Below are positions 53,727 to 64,000 of a DNA stretch of 64,000 nt, piece by piece (the first letter of the stretch is position 1; the number at the start of each line of letters is the position of its first letter). Source of the DNA: Felis catus (lineage: Eukaryota); assembly GCF_018350175.1 (NCBI RefSeq), contig NC_058368.1:69194001-69258000 (forward strand), written 5' to 3'. Made by a program: the position numbers and the translations under genes. The notes below the pieces were generated by a model that searched no databases, was not told the origin of the DNA, and saw nothing but the letters and a program-made list of their open reading frames with translations.

Positions 53727-53820
53727 CATAAGGAAATCAATCAAGTTAAAAATTCCTGGTGAATGACCATTGAAAATGGATGAACCTGGTTTTCCAGTGC
53801 AACCAGGTGAAACGCATTCC
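53727..53820 (-). pseudogene. Fossil exon, repeat II S3
   Basis: Strong acceptor gtgttttcttctgtag. Contains SFTRNF*LD*FPY (S3-type F-x-L-D...P-Y). Confidence 0.55.
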
Positions 53821-53920
53821 CTACAGAAGAAAACACATTATTCCAAAGTGAAGTACTCACATGGAAGTAATTTTCTTAGCTCTAGCTGATTGCTTGGCTT
53901 CATAATAGGGGCAATTTTAC

Positions 53921-54062
53921 CCAAAAGAGGTGAGTCATTTTTCTCAAATTAATTTCTTCCTTCAGACCTCTTCCTCCTAGAATTGATTTGAATGACACAA
54001 GTCGGCCATCCAGCCCAGGAAGGCCCAATGCATTTGTGACAGCTACTTTGTGAAATCCTAAG
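53921..54062 (-). pseudogene. Fossil exon, repeat II end of S2 / S2-S3 loop
   Basis: Acceptor tgtgtttccag. Open frame LGFHKVAVTNALGLPGLDGRLVSFKSILGG..., cf. the EAG-type L-N-F-(H/R)-T-x-F-V motif. Donor gtaaaa. Confidence 0.55.
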
Positions 54063-54537
54063 CTGGAAACACAGGGGCTACCACGTCACCTGAACACAAA
54101 GCTTGCCTTGCCTTCCCTCCCGCTGACTCGAAGCTCTCCCGTGTCCCACCCAGCTGACGACCCATCCGTGTAACAAGAGCCAAAGAAATACGCAAGAATT
54201 CCACAGAATGACACTTGAGACGCAGACTGGGTTGTAACTTAGCTTTCCTTTATTGCAAAACAATAAGGAAAAGACACACACATCTAGATTAGCTCTAAGA
54301 TGTGGGAAGTCCCTAAAGTTCCTAATGTTGAGAGACGAGGGGTAATGGAGACTACAGAGCAGCAGGCTCTTCCAAGCTGAGGTGGAAGCTTTTGCAAATC
54401 CCTGAACGAAGAGAAAGCTTGGTCAGATTAGGCAATGATTAACACCACAAAGGTACAACAAAATGGAGCTGCCAAGGTTGACAAGACAGAAGGCCGAAGA
54501 AGTCAGCAGAAGCGGCATCTTAAGACAATCATTGTCG

Positions 54538-54708
54538 CAGTAATTTAGCGTGCACCTGCATCACCTGGAGGGCTTCTTGAAACCCAGAGCCCTGGGGCCA
54601 ACCCCCAGGGTTTCTGATTTAATGCATCTGGGGTGGGGCATGAGCATTAGGCTACAAGGTTCCAGGAGATGCTGATGCTGTTGGTTCCCCGGACTTTGAA
54701 AATCACTG
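54538..54708. mobile_element. MER5A-like hAT/Charlie DNA transposon relic
   Basis: atcacctggagggctt...gtttctgatt...tctggggtgggg...gatgctgatgctg...actttgaaaatcactg. Confidence 0.75.
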
Positions 54709-54901
54709 TTTTCAGATCTTCGTCGTCCTCAATGCCTTGGATAATGGAAAGAAATGGAAGGCTTCTGGAGGTAAGCTGTGGATGCAGTGAGAAGCACGTG
54801 GTGTCTGTAGAGAGCTAAGGCTGTGCCTGAGGGTCAGGAGGGCGTGTGAGGCCTTCAGAGTGAAGACATTTTGAAATACTTTTGGTAGGGAGAATACTTT
54901 T

Positions 54902-55415
54902 GGAGCCCTGGGTGGCTCGGTCAGTCAAGCGTCTAACTTCGGCTCAGGTCACGATCTCACGGTTCATGGGTTTGAGCCCCACTCTGGGCTCTGTGCTGAC
55001 AGCTCGGAGCCTGGAGTCTGCTTCGGATTCTGTGTGTCCCTCTCTCTCTGCCCCTCCCCAACTCACACACTCTCTCTCAAACAAACAAACAAAACCATGA
55101 AATAGTTGTGGTAGAAAAGAAGAGAAAACCCAGACTAGGGGTTCATGGGCGCATGGCTGGTTATTTTAAGAATGTGGATGAGGAGCGCCTGGGTGGCGCA
55201 GTCGGTTAAGCGTCCGACTTCAGCCAGGTCACGATCTCGCGGTCCGTGAGTTCGAGACCCGCATCAGGCTCTGGGCTGATGGCTCGGAGACTGCAGCCTG
55301 TTTCCGATTCTGTGTCTCCCTCTCTCTCTGCCCCTCCCCCGTTCATGCTCTGTCTCTCTCTGTCCCAAAAATAAATAAAAAACGTTGAAGAAAAAAAAAA
55401 ATGAAAAAAAAAAAA
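54902..55415 (+). mobile_element. Two CAN-SINEs (54902-55095 and 55182-55415)
   Basis: Both heads present; the second has TSD aagaatgtggatgag. Confidence 0.92.
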
Positions 55416-55608
55416 AGAATGTGGATGAGATTGGAGATGATACCTTTGTGGTGGCAAAATGTTTTCAGTTGTCTGATTCTCCCTAGCAGGACGAGGAAGT
55501 GCGGGCATAACAGAGAATGGGAACAATGGTTTAGGTCAAGGATTAGACTTTTCCTAATCGTTGAATAAAAAGAAGGAGGGCAAAAGGAGGTGAAATGTGG
55601 GACAGTGG

Positions 55609-56670
55609 TGTGCTATTTTGGATTACAAGAAATCCATATTTGATCACTCAGATGACCAAAGTATATTTTTCATATATATTTGGTCTTTGTCGTGGTTCCT
55701 GGCTCACAGCTCCCAACATCCTTGGGCTATCTTGAGCAAGAAGAGTAATGGGAACATCTTTCCTTACAATCTCGGTCTCTTGTCCTCAGTTCCTGAGAAG
55801 CTCCAGAGCCTTAAAGGTGAAATGTGTATCATGTTACTGGTAACACGTGCCTTTCCACTACAACCGGGTTTATGTTAATGAGGTGACTTTTGGAAAGCTT
55901 TTAAGCAGGAGGGCTGGTGGAAGAATCAACCCCGGGGGCACCTGGCTGGCTCAGTTAGTGGAGTGTGCAATCTTGATCTCGGGGTCATGAGTTCAAGCCC
56001 CACGCTGGGCACAGAACTCACTTAAAATAATTAATCAATTAATTAATTAAAAAACAACCAACCCTGGATAGAGAATTGGAACTTTCAGTCCCACCCTCTG
56101 ATTTCCTGATGAGGAGAGAGGTTGGAGGTTGAATCCATCATCAATACCCAATGAGTTAATCCATCATGCCTATGTAATAAAGCCTTTATTAAAACCCAAA
56201 ATGAGGGGTGTCTGAGAGCTTCCCATTTGGGGAACCAGAGCTTCTAAGACACAGAGCAGAAGCTCCTTCCCTCAGGACCTCACCCTACGTATCTCTTGAT
56301 CTGCTGTTGATTCATAGCTTTTAAATATCTTGTAAAACAGACTAGTAATCCAGTGAGTAAACGGGTTTCCTGAGTTCTGCGAGGCACTCTAGCAAGTTAA
56401 TCGAACCCAAAGGGCATTCATGGGAATCTCCACTCTGTAAGCCATTGCTCAGATCCACAGGTGATAACCCAGGCTTGCAATTGGCATGTGAAGGAAAGGC
56501 AGTCTGGTAGGGCTGAACCCTTCACCTGTGGGATCTGACGATCTGTCTGGATAGCGTCAGAATTGAGGTGAATTGTCGGACACCCGGCTGGTATCAGAGA
56601 ATCGCTTGTTGGTGCGGGGGAAACCCACACCACCAACATCCCACACATCGGAATTGGACGTGCAGAACAC
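55609..56670 (+). mobile_element. MER21-like ERV LTR with a short nested CAN-SINE (~55934-56050)
   Basis: tatatttggtctttgtc.tggttcctggc.cacagctcc and gtttcctgagttctg...ctagcaa blocks. Confidence 0.7.
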
Positions 56671-57631
56671 CCTTTAAGTGGTGTCTAAACTACTTGGGGA
56701 AGGAAATTAAGACCGGTGTGTTCCAATACACGGATAGCAAAGGCAGAAGCAAGAGCCTGGAAATCGTGATGAAGTCAAAGACCATGTGTAAATGTGTAAG
56801 TAAGCTAGTAAGGGAGGCTTGTAACCATAAGTCGTGGCTTCAGAGTGATCGATCAACCAATGAGATCTCAGAGTTAGAGAAATTCCAGGCTAGGGCAGGA
56901 GCGAATGGATGGGCTCCACGGGTTCCCAGAACCCCTTGACCCTGAATGCAAAATATTATGTGCTCTCCAAAAGAGCAAATTTCCCTGAGAGACCATTCAC
57001 AACTCTCATCTAAATTCCAAAAGAGCTTGCGACCCGTAACTGATTAAGAGTCCACGGCAGAAGAGACTGATAGAACTGGAGCAGAGGTGAAGGTGTCTGG
57101 GTTTGAGGAGGCCAGAGAACCATGGAGCAGGACACACGGAAAAAAATGTTACCCAACCATCTATCACCACCGCTGACTCAGGAAAAGAACAGGTGAGCTC
57201 CATCCGAGGGAACCCCAGGGGGCCGGACTGATCAAAAGCACAGTTCCTGACTCTGTCTGCCAACACTGTGGCCAAACAAACTCTGGTAAACTCCTCACAA
57301 GAGAAGCCAAAAACTCAAGAGAGGAGGGTTTGGACAAGAGAAAGGGAGAAATGTATTCCAGGTGCCAGCAGCGAGGGAGGTGGCAGGCCCAAGCCTTAAT
57401 AACCCACCTCTGATTCCGCAAGATAGACACCCAGAGTTTTACAGAAAGGTTCAGGCAGGTTCGTGCAGGAGAGGAGGCAGGGAGCACATGATCAAGGGTG
57501 GGAGTCAGTGCATGCAGCCCGTGATCAAGGTCAGAGAAGGTGATGTGGGGGGTGTGGTCTTCTAGGCATTCCGTGGCTATCCGGGCTTTTCTGGTCGGCT
57601 GTTTGGTATGTTCTGGGTTGTTGCAAACCAC

Positions 57632-57853
57632 CTTCAGTGACTCAAAGCGTAGTAAAGAATAAATGCAATGGGTCTCAGAGCACGATGTAAGCAGTCTTCT
57701 GTATTTCTGGTTTTAACTGTTCGGGTCTATAGTCGAGTAAGAGGGTCACTAAGAAAAAGACCGTAAGCTGGAGACCAAAGTATTAGAAGGCGGACAGAGA
57801 GAGAAAGTACCCGGAGCGGACAGTAGTTGTGGCCGTCACCGGAGATGGCGGTT
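57632..57853 (-). pseudogene. Fossil exon, repeat II S1-S2
   Basis: Acceptor tgcttttag. TAISGDGHNYCPLRVLSLSVRLLILWSPAYGLFL (S1-like) and TAYIVL*DPLHLFFTTL (S2-like). Donor aag|gtggtt. Confidence 0.5.
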
Positions 57854-58386
57854 CTAAAAGCACTTTGCAAACAGCAGAGCACTTCCAAGTCTGTAGAGGT
57901 TATTTATTGTTTAAAAAACTTATTTTCTGGTTACTAAAATCAAAATCCCCCTTTTAGAAATTTTTGAACATACAGAAAGATTTTAAAAAATCAAACAAAC
58001 ATGACAGAACTCAAGTTAGATTATTACTGTCAATTCTGGCAGACTTCTAGTCAAACGACCACTAGCTGATGTACCAATGTGATCCTGGTATCTGGAAAGC
58101 CAAAAATCAGACTCAAGGAGCCCAAAGCCGGAAAACCCTCTCTGTCAGGCTGCATTCAGGCTCAGGAGGCCAACTCACTATTCGAGCAAGGCAAGCTTAT
58201 GATGACAAAGACAACATTAATTTCTATTATAGAGTCATGCCTATAAGTAATGAGAAAAATGCCTCTAGGTCTCTAGACACATTAGAGTTTTCAGTTGGGC
58301 AGATTTCATCTGTAGCTCTGGTCTTTAAGTGCTGACATCTTAAATTTTACATTATATTCCCATGCCCGCCCCAGAACCCCTCTTAC

Positions 58387-59220
58387 AGATTTAAAAAATT
58401 CATTTAGTATAAAAATCCTATTTTCCAACACAATGGAGACTAGTAGTTGCTTGGAGAATTTAAGTGGAAATAATTCTCTAAAATATGTACAGATCTTAAC
58501 TTTTAATTTAAAATACAATTTCTGGGGCGCCTGGGGGGCTCAGTTGGTTGAGTGTCCGACTTCAGCTCAGGTCACCATCCTGCAGTTCGTGAGTTTGAGC
58601 CCCGGCTCTGTGCTGACAGCCTGGAGCTTGAATCGGATTCTGTGTCTCTGTTTCTCTCTGCACCTCCCCTACGCGTGCTCTGTCTCTCTCAAAAATAAAC
58701 ATTTAAGAAATAAATCAAAAGATCATTTCTGAGCAGGAATCTGATTCGTAGATAGTTCCTCCACATGAGTAACACACAAAACTTGGATGCCATCTCGTTT
58801 TCTGCAACAAACAAGCCATTCATCACTTAGTGCAAAACCGGTGCTACAAATCCTGTGGTTCAGGTCAAAGTCCTTTTCTTTGGGTTTAGGGCCTGTGACT
58901 TGATTTTTCTCTCCTCTTTCTTGTTTTTAAACCAAATCTCTGATGATCCTCTGTTTTCTAGTCTGAGTAACTTCAAAACCACCAGAAGAAATCTGGGTAG
59001 AAAATCTGAGTGCAGATGTTTGGAATCTTCCCCCCATTTTCCTTATTAGCTGCCTCACCCACACCCAATTCAACAGCATTTTTTAGTCACTTGCCTTTAA
59101 GCCTTTCCCAAAGCAGTCCGTTAAGTTTTCACCATAAGAAAGACCATGCTTTCATTTCACCCTCCCGTTTTATCAATGTACATATTTCGGCAAATTATGT
59201 AATTATAATAACAAATATGT
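58387..59220 (-). pseudogene. Fossil exon, repeat I C-linker + CNBD1, split by a CAN-SINE
   Basis: GLLWERLKGK (C-linker); FQTSALRFSTQISSGGFEV; GFALSDEWLVCCRKRDGIQVLCVTHVEELS (CNBD end, cf. R-T-A-x-V-R-A-x-T-x-C-E-L-L-x-L). The frame resumes after the SINE as LYFKLKVKICTYFRELFPLKFSKQL. Donor GTAAGA. Confidence 0.7.
58524..58716 (+). mobile_element. CAN-SINE inserted inside the CNBD1 fossil exon
   Basis: ggggcgcctgggg head; degenerate 14-bp TSD aaaatacaatttct / aaaagatcatttct. Confidence 0.9.
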
Positions 59221-59479
59221 CTGGCATAAACAGGTGCAGAAACAAAACTGATTCTAGGTGAGCAAGCTAAGTAATCTCCACAGGTGGGGCCTTAAGTGCA
59301 CAGGTGAGCAAGAGAGTGTCTCACCAGGGAACAGACTCTGGGCAGCCAGATGTTTTAAATGAAAAGGAGAGAAAGCCTGTTAATTTGAGAGTCTTATAAG
59401 TGGAAGTCAAGAGCGTAAAGTGGAGACCAGTTAAGAGAGCTTCCGTTACATACACAAATAATAAAATAATAATAATAAG

Positions 59480-62010
59480 GCATTACACATCTATCAGAAT
59501 GGCTAAAATCCAGAACACTGGCAACAGCAACTTCTGGCGAGGTTTGTAGAGCAACAGAAGCTCACGTTCATTGCTGCTGGGAACGCAAAATGGTAAAGCC
59601 ACTTTGGAATACACTTTGCCAATTTCTTAAAAGCCAAATATAGTCTTACCATGGATCCACCGTGACGCTTCTATGTATTTACCCAACTGACTTGAAAGTT
59701 TGTGTCCATACAAAAACCTGAACTGGAATGTTTATAAGCAGCCTTGTTTATAATTGCTGAAAACTGGAGGCAGCCAAGCCATCCTTCAATAAGTGAATAT
59801 GTAGATGGACTACAGTTGGTCTTTTCAATGTATTTATACTACACGGCACTAAAAAGGAATGAGCTATCAAGCCACATTGACATGAATGCATCTTAAATGC
59901 TTAGTTCTAAGTGAAAAATGCCAGTCTGAATAGGATATGTAATCACATTTATATGAAATCCTGGAAAAGGCAAAACTATAAAGATCATAAACAGAATTAT
60001 GGTTTCTGAGCGTTTGAGGGGAGTAAGGAGAATTAAAGAGGCAAAGTACAGGGAATTTCTTGGGGGCAGTACAACTATCCTATATGACACTGCAATGGTA
60101 GATACGTGAATCTTGACTAAAAATATTTGGCATTCACCAAAAATCCATAGAACCGTACAACACAAAGACTAAACCTTAACAGACACGAGGTTTTTGTTTT
60201 CAACTTTTTTGATGTTTATTTATTTTTGAGAGGAGGGGGAGGGGCGGAGAGAGAGGGAGACACAGAATCTGAGGCAGGCTGCAGGCTCTGAGCTGTCAGC
60301 ACAGAGCTCAACAGGGGGCTCGAACTCACAAACTATATGAGATCGTGACCTGAGCTGAAGTCAGATGCTTAACCAACTGAGCCACCCAGGTGCCCAGCAT
60401 ATACAAGTTTTAAACATTAGTTAGGTGGTCAGCATGTTCCAGGAAGGAATAGGAAATATGACAAAAGACTCTGTGTTTATAACTGTATCAAATAACCTCA
60501 CTGAAGGGGGGTGAAAGGGAAAGATCTTTTACCTAAATAAATTTGGAAATGAGGTCTAAGGCAAAAGGAACTGTATACAAATACCGTGCTTTCATTGAAA
60601 AACTTTCTTTACAGGGGGATATGGGTTAACAGCTCTGAAACCACTGTGCATGGGGCACAGGAATAGAACAAGTGAGTGAGTGAATGGCAGGTGGCAGGAG
60701 CCAGGTTTCTTGCTGCTGGAGTTACGGCATAGGTCACAGAAAGGTGAGCTGGGAGAGGAGACCAGACTGATTGATGTGGTCATGGCTTAGAGATGGAGAG
60801 GTCAGTATGAAGTCATGTTTAGCTTAATACGGACACAGGTGGCCACATACAGCAATATTTATAGGAATGTGCATATTCACAGGTTAGTATGCAAACAAAC
60901 ATATATTTTCTCTGCCTGCCAACTGAGAGGACCTAGAAGCAATGACACCTCAGTGGCAATGAGCACACCCAGTGCCCAGCTCTTGGTTCCTACTACTATT
61001 CCCCAATAGAAGGAACCAGGACTGCTTAGGGAAATGACTGGTTCTAGGACTAAGGCAGCCAGGGCAAGGGTTATACACATGATTCTAGAGCATCATGTAG
61101 TGCCAGAGAGTAAGAAAGTGTGTTAAAAACAAACAAACAAACAAACAAAATGATGGGAGTATGTCAAAGGGACGTGGGAGCCAAACCTGAAATAATTTGA
61201 TCAACAATATAAACGAGTACTTCTTGAGTATAACCCAAAATATAAAATAAATATTTAGGAATCCATACTGGTATAAATAATGAATGAATGACAAGGGACA
61301 AATCTCCCATGCAGAAGAATTCCAAATAAATTTGGAGATAAGGAGTAAGAGTTATATTCCCAGTTTAAGTGTGGGCTGTGAACAGCGATTTTCTCCCACA
61401 GAACTCAGCATGGTGAGGGGGGAAAGAGCAATTTTACGGAAGAGACCCCCAATAAGCACTACCCCAGCCAGGTGGTCAAGGTCAACATCAACAATCCTAA
61501 ATCGTGTTAATAATATGTATCCTTGATGTGATGAGAATGCAACTTGACCTCTGTTGCATCCCCCAAATGAGATGAGAATGCAACTTGACCTCTGTTGCAT
61601 CGGTTAGGTCCCCAAAACCTATAACCCCAGGCTAATTGTGAGGACAAGATCAGAATCTCAATTTGACAAATATCTGACCAGTATTCCTCAGAACCATCAA
61701 GGTCATCAAAAACGAGGAAAACCTGTCACAGCTAAGAGACGCCTAAGGAGACCTAACTAAATATAATGTGGTATGCTGGATGGGATCTACAAAATAAAAA
61801 AAAAAAAAAAAAAAAGCAACATTAGTTAAAAACTAAACATCTGAAAAAATATGGACTTTAGCTCATAATGTGTCAATATCAGCTTGCCAATTGTAACAAA
61901 TGTATCCTACCAACATAAGGTGTTAATAGTAGGGGAAATTGAGGGTGGAATATACGGGAACTCTATGTGCCATCTTGATAATGTTTCTGTAAATCTAGAA
62001 TGAATCTAAA
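59480..62010 (+). mobile_element. Old L1M 3' region with a nested antisense CAN-SINE (~60197-60395)
   Basis: L1 motifs agaatggctaaaat, aaactggaggcagccaag and the terminal tttctgtaaatcta. Confidence 0.75.
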
Positions 62011-62022
62011 ATAGGCTTATTT

Positions 62023-62659
62023 GGGGGGTGCCTGGGTGGTTCAGTCGGTTGGGTGACCGACTCTTGATTTCTACTCAGGTCATGATCCCAGGATGGTGAG
62101 ATCAACCATCAGAGTTGGGCTCTGAGTAAGGCACAGAGCCTACTTAAGGTTCTCTCTCTCCCTCTCTCTTTCTGCCCCCCCCCCATACACATGCTCTCCC
62201 TCTAGCTCTCTCTCTCTCAAAAAAATAAAATAAAATAGGCTTATTTTTTAAAAGTGTATTCATTGGGGCATCTGGCTGGTTCAGTCCGTGCAGGGTCCAA
62301 CTTCAGCTCAGGTCATGATCTCACGGTTCCTGAGTTCCAGCCTCGCGTAGGGCTCTGTGCTGACAGCTCAGAGCCTGGAGCCTGCTTCAGATTCTGTGTC
62401 TTCTCTCTCTGACCCTGCCCCACTCCTGCTCTGTCTCTCAAAAATAAATAAATGCTAAAAAAAATTTTTTTTAAGTTTATTTATTTTGAGGGAGAGCATG
62501 AGCAGAGGAGGGACAGAGAGAGGGGGAGAGAGAGAATCCCAAGCAGGCTCCAAGCTGTGAACCCAGAGCTGGACTTGGGGTTCAATCCCATGAACCTGTG
62601 AGATCATGAGCTCAAAATTGGGAGTCGGTCTCTTAACCGACTGAGGCACCAGGCACCCC
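62023..62659. mobile_element. Three adjacent CAN-SINEs (+ 62023-62235, + 62265-62455, - 62465-62659)
   Basis: Three heads; the last two lie tail-to-tail. Confidence 0.92.
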
Positions 62660-62764
62660 TAGTCTTTTTTTTTTTTTTTTTAAGTTTTTCTAAGTCAGCT
62701 GGGCTAGAGAAGCCACTTACTAGCCAGGAAATCTTCCCTTTTAAGAAAAAATAGTACTGAACTA

Positions 62765-62910
62765 TATTGATATATGCCAATTAAACATCTCCTAAATCTT
62801 AATCCTACTGATAAAATTACAACTTGGCTGAATAGACAGGCCAGACCTCTGGTAACAATGTGCCATGTAACATTTGCTCATTTGGAAAAGATGAGAAGGA
62901 AAGTGTATGC
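62765..62910 (-). pseudogene. Candidate fossil exon, repeat I pore loop
   Basis: Reads TRGLACLFSQVVILSVGL, followed a few bases later in another frame by LGDV, similar to the S-V-G-(F/Y)-G-D-V pore signature. Lies in the expected position between S5 and the C-linker. Boundaries uncertain. Confidence 0.4.
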
Positions 62911-63129
62911 CTGACTCAGGAGTATTAGCAGGAGAAAATAAATAAAAGATTTAAAATATAGATGTAATTATAGTATAGAGTGGCTCGTTTACATTCATCC
63001 ATCAGAATCACAGAAGATTTTAAGTGTCCTAGATAGCAATGAAGAGCAACTAATGAATCGACAAGAAGAACCCCGTGTTAATTGTGTTAGCGGCTTGTTT
63101 TTAAATCAAGTGAGGGAATGCACGTGTAC

Positions 63130-63529
63130 TTTACAGCAGGGACCCAAATTTAGTCACCCTTTTCCTTCCCTGGCATATGTGCAAGGTCAAATAGCATCTC
63201 TCAGCCACGGCAATACGCAGGAGACCCTGATTGTGCTGATATTCCAGCTGTGACCGTGACAGAGTGCCTGCCCTTTTGTTTTGCCATCGCTCTGTTTGAC
63301 TTTATTACAGGCTACACGGTGGATAGGATCGCGGCACCAGACCGATGCTGTCCTTGGAGCTTCACCCTGTGGAATAGTTTATGGGAATGCCTTGTGTAAG
63401 GAGATCTTTCAGAACTCTCTCGGATTATATCCCACAGAGACCTACTTACACAGTGCCAAATTGTTCTCTACAGAGAATAGTCTGGTGGTCAAGTCCATTT
63501 AAATTTAAATGGCTTACTGCATTATAACC
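63130..63529 (-). pseudogene. Fossil exon, repeat I: S2-S5
   Basis: Acceptor cattgtctag. MDLTTRLFSVENNL, then after a frameshift SERVLKDLLTQGIPINY (S3: DLL..IP), then QLEYQHNQGLLRIAVAERCYLTLHIC (S4-S5 linker/S5, CNGB-like pattern). Several stops. Confidence 0.65.
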
Positions 63530-63700
63530 CTAGACAATGAGGGAAGTTACATAGGCTCCTAAGTTAAAGCAAGGCCCCTGGATGGCACCATTTTATTAAA
63601 ACCATGTACAGCTGCAGATAAATGGAGTTAACTGCACAGGCAAGAAGTCATAAATTGGTGCTGTATAATCTGAAAAACTATAGAAAGGAAGCTAAGCTAC

Positions 63701-63991
63701 TTTCCCAGAAGAGATGAAAAGAAAGAAGGTCAGAATGTCCCCCTCAGTTGCCTGGAATACCAAAGTTCCCCAAGTGCCTGAACATTCCATGAAAGAAAAA
63801 TGCAGTTTATATCTATGCCTCGATCAACCATGCCTGAGTAAATTGCTTATCAGTAAACTGTAGGCAACTCACAACATGGGGAGGAGCATCAACCAAGGAG
63901 AAGGAGTGCATTTGGCACTCGAGATGGGAATGCATCCAGGAAACGTTGGGTGGAGTTGGCTGGGAGTAACCGCCACATAGTGGCTACCCAT
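63701..63991 (-). pseudogene. Fossil exon, repeat I: putative start and S1
   Basis: Kozak-type ACCATGG with ATG at 63991. Frame MGSHYVAVTPSQLHPTFPGCIPISSAKCTPSPWLMLLPML*VAYSLLISNLLR resembles CNG S1 (W-L...P-V-x-Y). The 3' boundary is approximate. Confidence 0.5.
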
Positions 63992-64000
63992 GGTGAGGGA

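Larger units (their letters stand above)
2281..63991 (-). pseudogene. Decayed multi-exon pseudogene of a four-repeat cyclic-nucleotide-gated-type ion channel (CNGK/tetraKCNG-like architecture)
   Basis: About 27 minus-strand exon-like blocks with AG/GT boundaries. Their translations give, in the right order and four times, S1-S5-like, pore/S6-like, C-linker and CNBD-like segments. Examples: DLTTRLFSVENNL...ERVLKDLLTQGIPINY; VLCVTHVEELS; IFEQILTSA*KMDGSSQSMLDQIR; FLRGWAHALAERLEKLMKT*KMQAVELVV; KQNLPDDVKHREYL...EKQFL*RLPGDL*SVL. Many in-frame stops, frameshifts and exonic TE insertions. Motif matching was by eye. Confidence 0.75.

Noticed and set aside
61530..61601. 31-bp direct repeat with a short spacer (superficially CRISPR-like)
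   Set aside because: Only two copies, inside an old L1 in a mammalian genome; a local duplication.
63400..63840. Ankyrin-like snippets (MVDRGIDINC, DLLTQGIPINY)
   Set aside because: No TPLH-type repeats. The context is better explained as channel S1-S3.

Overview
Mammalian genomic DNA from a cat-family (feliform carnivore) genome, judged from about 24 feline-type CAN-SINEs. It is repeat-rich: L1, CAN-SINE, MaLR/ERV LTRs and MER5A. I find no intact protein-coding gene. Reading the minus strand exon by exon (polypyrimidine+AG ... GT blocks, several with matching phases) reveals a heavily decayed multi-exon pseudogene spanning almost the whole window (~63991 down to ~2281). Its conceptual translation passes FOUR times through the S1-S6 / C-linker / cyclic-nucleotide-binding-domain (CNBD) layout of CNG/EAG/HCN-superfamily channels. 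A four-repeat 6TM+CNBD polypeptide is the architecture of the CNGK (tetraKCNG) sperm channel of sea urchins and fish, which to my knowledge is regarded as absent from mammals. This looks like a fossil of such a gene, inactivated by many stops and frameshifts, a solo LTR and a CAN-SINE inside exons, and a 20-bp duplication. The family assignment comes from by-eye comparison with remembered channel sequences. It is not a database result, and exon boundaries and frames are my manual reconstruction.
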